This document shows, piece after piece, positions 37,368 to 48,500 of a stretch of DNA of 64,000 bases; position 1 is the first letter of the stretch; every line of letters starts with the position of its first letter. Below the pieces are notes generated by a model. That model ran no database searches, was not told where the DNA came from, and saw only the letters and a program-made list of their open reading frames with translations. The translations under genes and the position numbers were made by a program. Origin of the DNA: Takakia lepidozioides (lineage: Eukaryota; Plantae; Bryophyta); NCBI GenBank assembly GCA_030704615.1, contig CM060731.1, positions 70,680,001 to 70,744,000 on the forward strand, in the 5' to 3' direction.

Positions 37368-38510
37368 TCAGGAATGGTTTGATAGCATTACCTCGTCAAG
37401 TATGTTGCCTGCATCGTTATCATGCATGGCATTCAACCAATTTTGTTCGGCTTCGCCAATACTTGACGCCATCCGTCCTATCTGCACATATCTGAAGAAA
37501 AAGAGGAAGAACTGCGGATCATCTTGGGGTGGGCAGACCGGTGGGAGAACGCCAAACGGAAGTAGGTGCAATGTTCCCGGACAGACTGGTCCATTAGTCT
37601 TCTGTGGGGTCTTCTCATGTCCCATATCTTCGGTCTGCCTAGACTGCAGACCAGGCTGCTGGGTCTCCTGGGCGGTGTGGGCAAGAGAGTTGTTGTCGTC
37701 GAGGCTGTCTATGAGCATGTCCAAGTTTGTCCTCTCAGATAAGGCAATATCCACTGCACTAGATAGTGGACCTTGCCCTTCGAAGTCATTATTTCGGATG
37801 ATATTGTCGGTCAGCTCAGCAGACCGGCGGGGCAGAACATTGGCAGACTCAGACTCATTGGAGGAACTGATGGGTATAGTCTGCCGGGACTTTCTGGTCT
37901 GGCGCGCATTGGGCGGACTCCCCTGTAGGCCCACAATGCTTGCATCCCAAGCAGAGCTTGCCTGACGCGCTTCGGACGGACCCCCCTGCAGGAGTGACAT
38001 GTTTGCATCGCGAGCAGTCCTTGCCGTTTTCGCTCTAGCCCTTTTTTTTGCCCCATCACTGAGTTTGCGGTTGCGGGGAGGCACATGCACTTCCTCCAAA
38101 CTGGGTCGTTGCATCCTTCTAGCAGCCCGCCAGTGCCGTTGGCGCAATTCCTCTGTACTTCGCGGGTTGGCCCCGTGGCTATTGAAAACAGTCTCATCTT
38201 TAGCTTTTTGCGATACCGGTATGGGCCACGCCTTGAAATTCGGTGGAATGGTGCCCTTGCAACCTATGTCCACACAATGCCGGTTCAATTGGATTTTGTC
38301 CTTTATGGCTTCCTCACAGAAAGGACACTTGAGCCTATCCTTCTTCCATTCTGGGTTCTCCTCCTTGGCTACATGGAGATCAACACATGCTTCCACTATT
38401 TTGCGATCGTACTCCTTTGGGGAGTACCAATATCTTCGCAGCTTCTTCAAGTGCGTGACGTGCACAAACTCAATCCAGTCGGGTGCACCCTTCGCGCAGG
38501 CATCCTCTAT
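37368..38510 (-). CDS. MULE accessory ORF with a C2HC-type zinc-finger-like motif, function unknown
   Basis: 399-aa ORF containing CPFCEEAIKDKIQLNRHCVDIGC, followed by basic and low-complexity regions. It is oriented inward from the right TIR. Confidence 0.55.
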   Translation of the reverse strand: MEDACAKGAPDWIEFVHVTHLKKLRRYWYSPKEYDRKIVEACVDLHVAKEENPEWKKDRLKCPFCEEAIKDKIQLNRHCVDIGCKGTIPPNFKAWPIPVSQKAKDETVFNSHGANPRSTEELRQRHWRAARRMQRPSLEEVHVPPRNRKLSDGAKKRARAKTARTARDANMSLLQGGPSEARQASSAWDASIVGLQGSPPNARQTRKSRQTIPISSSNESESANVLPRRSAELTDNIIRNNDFEGQGPLSSAVDIALSERTNLDMLIDSLDDNNSLAHTAQETQQPGLQSRQTEDMGHEKTPQKTNGPVCPGTLHLLPFGVLPPVCPPQDDPQFFLFFFRYVQIGRMASSIGEAEQNWLNAMHDNDAGNILDEVMLSNHS

Positions 38511-38980
38511 CAATTGTACAACACAAAAGACAAAGGCAGAGGGCCCAACAAAAAGGGAGAAGTGCAAAGAATGGAGGAAAAAAGAAAGTGCAAGAACCGG
38601 CGAGAATGAACACTACATACGAGGATGGAAAGAGAAGCAAGAACCAAAACGACAAGTACACAGCACAAGACGAGGAACGCAACGGGCTACGGAAGCAATG
38701 GTCTTGGCGACTGTTGGGGTCTAAGATGACCCCCAGATCTGCGCGCGGAAACAAGTCTGCGCAAGAAAGACGGACGTTGAGAAAGAAGGAGACCACAGCA
38801 CCGGCGGGAAGGCGAAGTTGAAGTTGAAGCTGACCCGGGAGCGGAAATGTATTATACCGCCGGCACGACGTGGCGCGCCATGATTGACGCCGCCACCACC
38901 GCCATTGCAGTTATTAGGTCTACCAAGTGCACAACAAACCGAGTGCACATCACACTGAGTTCAACAGACCGATCTGAGCA

Positions 38981-39450
38981 GACCAAGTACCCCAAACCAA
39001 CACGTAATCCACTATGCAGGTCCACCCGACTGCAATAGGCTAACGACGAAACAGACTATACAAGACAGACAAACTGACAGGTCGACAGACTGACAAGTCA
39101 ACATGGTCATTGTTCCGTCGCCCTCTGTAACAAACTGCAGGCATACTAGACTGACGGTGCAATAGAGACAGCAGACTAGCTGAAAAGACTGTTAGGACGA
39201 CAGGCTGGCAGACTGACAGACCAAGTACCCCAAACCAACACGTAATCCACTATGCAGGTCCACCCGACTGCAACAGGCTGACAATGAAACAGACTATACA
39301 AGACAGACAAATTGGCAGGTCGATAGACTGGCAGGTCAACATGGTCATTATTTCGTCGTCTTCTGTAACAAACTGCAGACAGACTAGACTGACGGTGCAA
39401 CAAAGACAACAGACTAGCTGAAAAGACTGGCAGAACAATAGACTGGCAGA
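38981..39450. repeat. Two-copy direct repeat, 238-bp period
   Basis: GACCAAGTACCCCAAACCAACACGTAATCCACTATGCAGGTCCACCCGACTGCAA at 38981 and 39219. Confidence 0.9.
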
Positions 39451-40346
39451 CGCAAGGGTGTACAGCCAAATTTTCGGCGCGGCTCCATGGTTTCACAGTT
39501 TCTCACAACAGACCAGCGTACACAGACGCCAAAAGACCGTCGTCAGGAGAGACTAACATCGCAACCAACTCGCGAACATATTCCTAGCCGATGTGAGGAC
39601 ACAGCCTCCCGAAGAGGCTCCAATTACCAGGCTAATGAAGCAAGACTAACGAAGCAACAGTCATATGGGTATCCAGGCCGACAACTATTGGCTGTCGAAC
39701 CCGATTTTTTTACAATTAGACCCATACTAGAAATATGAGATAGTTCAGGAGACTCCGGGTAACACAGCCCAAAAGACACAATTGATATACTGACGATAAT
39801 TCTGCCCACGATAATAGTTCATCGCTGGATATGGAATCTGCAAGTTTTTACACGCCCTCATGTGCATATGCTCCGGCGATTTTCGCTATCATCTTGCCCA
39901 TGGTTGCCGTTCCAGACTGAGGAGGTGATCTGACGGACGGATGTGTCTACCTCAACATCAATAATTATAAAATTGAACGACACCATATCCCAAATGTAAA
40001 CTAAGGTCGTGTTTAGGCACGCTTGTAATCAGTCCGCCCATTGGAATAAACCCTAACAACACATTGGCCATTTTGCGATGACCGGACAGAAAGTGGGCAA
40101 AACGCATTATATGTACAATGAAATCGCAAAAACAGGCTCGCCAACAACAACAAAAATGACGAAAATAGTGGAAGCATATGCACGATGGTGGCTGTAGGGC
40201 TCCGACTCCTCTCCTGCCCTTCCACATCATTACAATGTCACGAAAACACGAAGACACAAACACTGTGCGAGACAACCCCTACCGCGGGCACGCACCGCAA
40301 TTTCGTACAACAAAGACCGACATCCTGATGGCAATCCGGAGATATG

Positions 40347-40619
40347 GCCCTAAATTGGAGGGTTGGGATGGGATTCGTCTTGGACGGCCCAGATCTTGCG
40401 GCGGAAGCGGACTAGCGGACTAGCGGACACGCCGCAGTGGACCGGCCGGGGGACGGACCCCGGGCGGGGCAGCCGCGGCAACAGGGGCGGGCGTGGGCGA
40501 TCGCTGGCAGCGGCGGGCGGGTGGGCGCAGGTGGGGGGGCCGCCCCTCGTCCGAACGACGGGCCCACCGTCCTTCTCGCACGCTTGCATTCATGACCCTA
40601 TTATTGTGAAATGAGAGGC
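40347..40619 (-). repeat. Right TIR of MULE
   Basis: Inverted copy of 15279-15564 with scattered substitutions and a small indel. Confidence 0.95.
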
Positions 40620-42196
40620 ATATTAATCTGTTGTTAGTTATTACACATAAATTTTTTTATATAGGGGATTTTTGTCCATTCATAGTTGACATTTGATGAC
40701 ACATTGAAACTATATAAGTTGCTTTTAAAATATTTTAATTTAATAAAAACAAATGACTGCTAATATGTACTCAAACTCAATCTACTCGAGATATAATTTA
40801 TTTGGTGGTGGTAGTAATTCAAATGCTACATGGACCTCTATAAAATTCTATGTATTTAGACACAAACAGAGTCATAATGGGTTTTTTAACCTACAAGCCT
40901 CTGAGGACTTCTGGTGGCCTCATTCTCTTACGGCCGGAATAGTGGTGTTTATGAAGGCACTTCACAGTTAGGACTGGGACTATGTACAATATTAGGAATT
41001 ATAATGTGCATAGTTTTAAGACAGTAAAATTGGATTTTAGGATAGAAATTGAATCGGAACTGATCGATATTCATTTGGATGAGAATCAATTGTAGATGGA
41101 TGTAAATAGTCAATTTCGAGCAATGAAGTGGTTATTCGGATTGTTGTATATAAGAATTGAACGGAAAGAATGGATATCAGGAAAGCTGAAGCATTACTAT
41201 GATGAAGAGAGATGAGTGCTTTATGTACAATTTATGTGGGGAGCATGGCCTCTGGACTACATAAAAGAGGAAAGGGTGGAAACTTGGCAAGAAGGCTTGA
41301 ACGTTTCGAGGCGAGCAGCTTGTGCGGTCTTTTGTTCATATTTTTTGTAAGGTTTTTCTTTCCTGTCTTCCACCCTGCAACACATCACTGCATTTTTTTC
41401 CGCTTTTGTTTTATATGGTGCTCAGGGCTTCATTCCAAATTCGAGGGGAGATGTCAGGGGTTCATGGGTTGTCATTGATTCGACAATTTGTCTGCTGACG
41501 GAAAGAATTTTTATTGGGAAAACCCCTGCAGGTAGCATGATGTCATTGGTAGACCTTAATGTAGCATCGGATTATCATTCAGGCACAAATGACTATTGCA
41601 TTATCATGTTGGTGTTTCTAAACCAGCTCTAGAAGAGTTAGCAACATGCTTGAGCCATACTCGCAACAGTGTGTAAGAGCTAATGTACACAGGACCCTAC
41701 TAGTCTGGACACCTGCGCCCAAAAAGCTGCAGCCAACTCTAAAATTGTAGTTTTTCCTATACACCACCTTAATCCTAATATTTTGGTGGCACCACCATTT
41801 GGATTGACAGATAAGGAACAAGTCAAACCGAAAGATACAAATTTTGGGGCCCATTTGATCCAATATATGTTTTTCCCTCAGCCTCATGCCAAGTCATTAG
41901 GTCTGATTCTGTTTGGGAAGTAGCTGGAAGTTCTTAGAGAAATTGGGAGCCAATTGTATGCATCTTAGTAATCATTTAACCTCAATTAGTGCAGCTTCAA
42001 GCCAAGTGAAATCAGATTGATGATCATGGAGGCGAAGATTGCTGGCGTAGCCTTATATTCATCCCATGTCTCTGGTCTCCAGCAATGCCGCAACAGGTGC
42101 GCCAGAGGGTGGCAAGAATGGACCATAGCTCTTATGTCAGGTTCAGCCCCCGTTTAGTAACCTAGGTAGTGCACACTAGTTGTTGTATTTGTATGC

Positions 42197-42966
42197 TTGG
42201 ATGATTTTCCACATCCACCAACTATAAGCACCCTTGTTTCTGTCTCCAATGGATCTCATTCTGATGAGGCATCGGAGACCACAGGGGCTTGTATCAGTAT
42301 GCAAACATGGTCTACTCCTTTGTCTCTTGGAAATGCATACATCCTGAGACAAGCATTGCAGTCAAAGTCCTCAGGTTTGATGTCTGGGTCAGTCAGGCCT
42401 AGAAATACGATAGAGACAGGTTTCCGCAAGAAGATCCAGTCATCAATATTAGAGGCTCAAATTCGGGTTTTACTTGAGAAATGTCTGACAGTGGCAAGTG
42501 CAGCTGGAGAAGGGGATCTATTGGGTCTGCAGTGGGTCCAGTGTGGGTCCAATGGGACTTGGCAACAGAACAGGGAAGAACATGCATTCATCAAAGGCAC
42601 ATTCAAGTGGAATTGTATTTCTCCATGTCCGTGCCCGAGCTGGGAGGTTGAGGCCGTTGAGAAACGACCTTTGATTACGAGAGTGCAAATGTTAACTTCT
42701 TCCAATTTGTCAATTGTGAGTGTTTGTTGCCCTCTCTGGCTATGCAATCTTGCGCTAGTGACAGTTCCCTCGGAGGGTCGGCATGGAGTTGCGTCTCTCT
42801 CTCCTACGCTGCATTGGACTGAAATTCTAACTCAGGGTGAGAATCTTGAGGCTAAGCCTAAAGCCCCCGCCCTGATGGAGTATAAGTGTTGGACAGCTCA
42901 CACATACCAAGTTGATGTTTGTGTGAAGGGATATCTCGAAAATCCAAATGAATTATCTTTAATAAG
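42197..42966 (+). CDS. Unidentified coding exon or pseudo-exon
   Basis: 257-aa ORF ending at an AAG|GTAAGT donor. Broken protein-like frames extend upstream to ~41530. No family recognised. Confidence 0.3.
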
Positions 42967-44861
42967 GTAAGTCACACTACTGGAGTGAGTCCCTTAAAAA
43001 TGTAACTTCTATTTCTTTTGTTCCTCACAAAACTAGACATAAGGCTACAACACTGCGCAAATGTCTTATGAGTCATATGAAGATTGTGTCTAATTATATA
43101 ACCTCCACTGTACAGTGGAGGTTGGATGAGATAATAATGAAAAAAGTCGGACGGATGAATATTAGTGGATGAACATGGTTACGTGGATGAATAATGGTGT
43201 AATGACGGATGAATGTGAGCATTGACGCGACTGTCCAGTGGAGGTCCACAACTTGAGGTATGACGAAATACAGAAATTGAAGAGTATTGGACTGTAACTT
43301 CTAAACATGCAGATGAGAAATAAGTAGATTTTCATGTAGAGTATCGAAAACACACAGATGTCATAACATTTTGTACGGGAGAAAATGTAGTTCACACGAG
43401 AGATTATGGAAATTCAGAGAGGTACACCTGCGATGGCCACAGAGGTACAGGATGCTCAGAGAGGTGCACTATGGGAAGTGAGGTGGGAGATGACCAGAGA
43501 GGTGTGGGAAACACAATCTGCAAGTGAGAGGTATGGAGATAGAAGTTTGAACAGTTTGCACTCAGACCTTATATAGAGGTGGAAACCAGGTTGCCCATTG
43601 GAACTCCTCCAATGGGATAGTGCGATACATTGTCTCGCGGATTGATTTCCGTCGCCGTTGATATCCGATATGGCCACAATCGAATGGTTCTGGATGGTGC
43701 AGGAGTGCACTCTTTGATCGATTTCGGAAAAGAGTGTCCTTTACTGGTAGATCCCTATGTAACAATTATGATGCCAGAACGATAACGGCCAATAACGGTG
43801 GTTCAATGGTTTCGCACTCGTGCTTATCAAGCAGTACGTATTTCGCATTCAATGCTGTCGGATGAAGGCTTGACGCCGATGACAAGCGTTTCATGAATTC
43901 GTGCAGCTATGACACTCGGCCGAGAATGCGGCGGGCGTAAATGAGTGACAGAGGAAATATTCCAAGCCTTAATCCGCCGAATGTAGACATGGTCAGGAGC
44001 AATAATTCCCAGCGGCAAAACGCCGCAGGAGGATCTGACATTCACATTTTATTTATCGTCAAGTGTGGGATGTGGGAAATATCCCGCGGGGTTATAATTG
44101 ATGATCCTGTGCAAGGGATCATTAACGTCATATTTTCTCGTTCATTCATCTGTTTATTCATTTCATCTAGTCATTCGTAAAATGGATGGACAGAATGGAA
44201 ATGATGAATTGGATGCTATTTGCATGGATGTTGGATGGAACACGCGCGACACGCGCAACACGCACGTTGAGGTGTTTCAATGCATTGCTGCTTCTCTGCT
44301 GGTGGTTTGCATGGTGGTTTGTAAGGGTGGTTGGTATGGGTGGTTTGTGGTCCTGGTTTATTGGTGCTGCTGGATTATTAGGGTTATGGATTAGGGTTAT
44401 GGCGGGTTGGGATCATGGTTTTTTGCTATTGTTTTTCCGAATTTCCGACATTTGAAAACGGGTTTTTCTTCGGGCCTAGGCTACTTTAGTAGACTAGTCT
44501 CCGTAGACCACTAGACCTCTAGTAGACCTCCATAAACTCCGGCAGGACAAACCACACAAACCTCGCCTGCCTAGTGGAGGTTCCTGCGTGTTACTATGCC
44601 AAGGCACAACATAAGGATGTATTGAGATAGACTTATGTCGGTGCCTCCCCTGCGTTGATTTTTTGTTCTGTCAATATAAAAAGAAGGGGCGTAGAAGTGC
44701 ACACGGTGGCCAAAGATGGTTCTGAGACCGTTGTCGACATCTGTAAGAGGCCAAGGAGACAGAATCCAATAAGCATCAACGAAGCAGAAAACCAAGACGC
44801 ATCACTGGTTGTATCGAAATTAAAAACCTTCTAGAAGAGATCTGAGAATGAAATATCAGAT

Positions 44862-45251
44862 GTGGGCCCTGACGTGCGAACCTTCATAAATCCGGGCACT
44901 GACGAATCAATGTTCGAGGGACTTATTCGACGGGAGACAACGGAGGAAACAGAGGAAGAGAAAGATGAAAGTGATGAGTGCAATTTTCAGTCTGATTCAG
45001 ATAATGACTATTCTGTAGGAGATAGTGAACAGTACCCGGGATCCGTCCTTCCGTCCACTCCCGGATACAGTCCTCACTCTCCTCAGTATGCAGTATCCGT
45101 CCTTGTAAATTCTCCAGAATATGTCCCTGCACATTCTCCTCAGTACGTCCCTGGAGATTCTCCAGAATACATCTCTGGAGACTCTCCGACATATACCCCT
45201 AGAGAGTACTCCCCTGAAACCTCGAGGATGATTCGAGAGAGCCTCATGTAG
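44862..45251 (+). CDS. Small acidic protein with YSP/SPxY repeats resembling the RNA Pol II CTD
   Basis: TPGYSPHSPQY...SPEYVPAH-SPQYVPGD-SPEYISGD-SPTYTP..YSPET. The underlying DNA repeat is 24 bp (~45110-45215). Confidence 0.55.
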   Translation: MGPDVRTFINPGTDESMFEGLIRRETTEETEEEKDESDECNFQSDSDNDYSVGDSEQYPGSVLPSTPGYSPHSPQYAVSVLVNSPEYVPAHSPQYVPGDSPEYISGDSPTYTPREYSPETSRMIRESLM

Positions 45252-45599
45252 TTATTGTAGATATAAGAAAATGAAAAGATGAAACTCATCTTACAAAAGA
45301 ATATCGAGAGTCTTGTAGATATTGGTATTCGTTATTTGAACAATTTTGAGGACCGCATGCATGATGTATTGAATGGCGAGACGAGCCTTCTCTGAATAAA
45401 TGTTTTTTTTCTTCTTATGAGCGATATTTTTTTTCTCTCCTGAATTGGTTCTTTATCTGTCAGCTATGAGCATGTGAATTGGTGAACCTCCACTGGACAG
45501 TGGAGGTTACTGTCCTGGGAGTTTTGTATGGTTGTTATGATGTGTCTAACGCCAGAGGTGGTTTGTTCTGTGCACAGCAACATCACCCACAGGGATTGT

Positions 45600-48500
45600 T
45601 GTATTGTTGGAATGTGCAAACCTATCTGTGGTTCTTTGTTTCTCGAAAAGTCTCCGAATTTTAGAATGATCACCTGGCAATTTTGAGCTCAACCCGGAGA
45701 TCACAGAATGGGCATTGTACCCGTTGGCACACCTCCAGACCATAAGTTCTGGTTCCAATACAAGATTGTTGCATGAGGTCGTCGAGCTCAAATATGCAGA
45801 TTGTGGTCGATTATGTAGAGCTGGGAGAGGAGGTGGAATTTCCGATGCTGGTAATGTCATGATGGAAGATGGTAGATTTCCCATAACGTTTGGCTTCAAC
45901 TGGAGGTACGAATTCTAAGGAAGGCCATGATGAGAGAGTCCATCAGGGCGGGGTTCACATATTGCCGACGAGGGTAATCAATTTACAGATGAAGGATTTT
46001 GCATGGCTTGGGGTATTTCTTGGATATGCTTTACCTAAAGGGTAAGGAGATTGCAAAGACCCGGGAAGAGGAGGCTACAAGTAGGAGGCCAAAGAAGGGA
46101 AAACGGGAATCCGCTGACACCGGTGGTGATGAGAATGAAGCCGAGACATAGGGGAAAGAAGAAAAAAAGAAACAAAAGGAGGAGATGGATCCCGCGTTCA
46201 TGACAGATAACAAGAAACCAAGGCTGCAGACATATTCGACAAAAGAGAAGTGTGAGAAGATGCTGAGAGGCTGGAGCAAGACTACAAGGACAGGTTTCCT
46301 TTTGGGTTTGAGGCGACCCAGGACGTTCAAAGTTTCCACGATGGTGGAGCTTGCTCCCAGGGATATGGTTACATTGCCCCTAAAGTGAAGCACAAAAGAC
46401 AAAGTCAAAGCGCGTCTTTACCAGTCCGGGTGTTTGACTCCAAAACATCCAGTTTATTTGATTCCCGTAAACCCGAGAAGCCTATGGAGTTTCTAATTCG
46501 AAACCTCGAAACTGGAACGAGGTGGAAATTCCAAATTCTTCATCATCGTGGACAACACACAATCATTGCTGCCAAGGTATATTTCTCAACAAATGTCAGT
46601 TTTTGTAACAACATGAACCCTCCAAGGGACAGTGGAGGTTCATGAACTTGAACACACCGCTTGTTAGGTCGATATCATTTCTGACCTTATTCAATTCTGT
46701 CGCAAGAACTTGTGCAAGACGTAGATGACGACAATTTTAAGAAGTACTACACTGACTGGCCCTCAAGATTATATGGTCAACGGATCTGATGAGGCTCGTG
46801 AAGCTATCTAAGCTCCTAAACGACCGAATAAGGCACAGAAAATTCGACACAATATTTACGAGAAAGTTGCACATGCCCGAAATTTCTTCGAGCTGAGGGG
46901 GAGGCTGAAAAAGTACAACGATCACACAACAAAGTCGGGAGACTAGACAATGGAAGGTTAATGATCATTCTGTTTTCGTTCCTTTTGCTTAGAGAACTAA
47001 AATATTTTCAAGCTCGGGATTTAATGTGACGAAACGGAGACCGCATGACGAAGCACCGCCATACGAAGCAGGAGACACTACAGAAATAGCCTCATAAGGG
47101 AGGGTGCTACAATGAACGAGCGGAATGGTCAGCATTCGGAAAATTCTACATGATGGGGTCTTTGTGTAATGGTCTTGTTGGTAATGAGGTGCTGTCAAAC
47201 TCTGTATTCCAATCTATTTATGTTCTCCACCTGTAACAGTCCGCAAAGGTGCCGCAAAAATACTTGAAACATATATGATCATGAAAACGTGGATGTCGTG
47301 GAGAACGCTTTAATCCAAAAAATTTCATGCTCATGGGTTTTTCAAGGATTTTCTAGGTACACTCTTTGAAATGTTCTTGCTGGAAACATGAACAGATTGG
47401 ACAAATTTGACTTGGAGAGCACGCATTCCGAAGCAGGCGACACGACAGAAAGAGCTTCAAAGTACAAGGACAACAAGATGGACGGAGATGAATGGCAATC
47501 GAATCATCATTTGGAGTATAGTATAATTGACTGATAGTTGTGACTATTGTTTCATCTCAAAAATAATATCAAATATTGAATGAAATGTCTAACTTTGGCT
47601 CCTAATTGTTTCGCAGGAATTTATGCAAGCATGTCAACTCATACTGGAGATGAGAGTAGCGTGAAGGAGGCCATGGTTTGGTTCTCTGTGACGAAGACGT
47701 ATGGAACCTGTGGGAGGAGGTTTTCAAAAGTGGGAACAAGAGAAGCTTATTGATATTTTCGGGATTCAATGCAAGGGTGAACTGAACAATAACCGCTGGG
47801 TAAAACCGCTATCGCGAAATTGCAAAGGACTTACTAGCAGGCAGTTGGAAAGAGTGGCGGAGAAAATCCTAAACAGAGTTTTGCAATCGGGGAACGAAAT
47901 TCAAGGGCGTGGACCAATCCAAAAACACAATGAGCGCGGTATATTGACCAAAATGAATTGCAATGGTTTATTATCGATGATGTAATGGAAGTCTTAGGGT
48001 GGCCTCGGACGGAGCAAACAGAACCCGGAACCGTATACCAAACAGGAGTGGCGTGATTGTGAGTGAAAAAAAAAATACAACTTCAACAAAAGCTGAGTTT
48101 GAAACTTTTTGAGATCGGATCGGAACGACTACATGTAAGCAAACAGAAGATGAATATGGAGACGCAGCCAATGACTGCTGCTTCAAGAAGTATGGTCTTT
48201 GTCGTGCAAGCAGACCTTCGAGGATAACCAGAATGCCCTGGCGATTCTACGCACGAGCTCAGGTCACATTACACACAGCTGAGGGGGGGGGGGGGGTGGA
48301 ACCAGAAATTTGCTGATGTCAGATCACGGTTGGGACTTGCACCGAAGAAGAACGGTTCGACGACATATCCATGGTGTTCGTCAATTAGTTGTGATGTGAT
48401 GACTCTGTCGTCTTCGAGGCAAAGGACTACTCCAATATCCTAGATGTTTTTGTGGCTCGGAAGCTAATGTCCAGTGCATTTGTGTTTTTCTCGACACAAG

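Larger units (their letters stand above)
15279..40619 (+). mobile_element. Giant Mutator-like (MULE) DNA transposon, 25,341 bp including nested insertions
   Basis: Long GC-rich TIRs at 15279-15564 and 40347-40619. Perfect 9-bp TSD ATATTAATC at 15270-15278 and 40620-40628. Internal MULE transposase and Ulp1-like gene. AT-rich flanks. Confidence 0.95.

Noticed and set aside
44377-44402. Telomeric repeat (TTAGGG-like; also 19777-19792)
   Set aside because: Only two degenerate units. At most telo-box-like promoter words.
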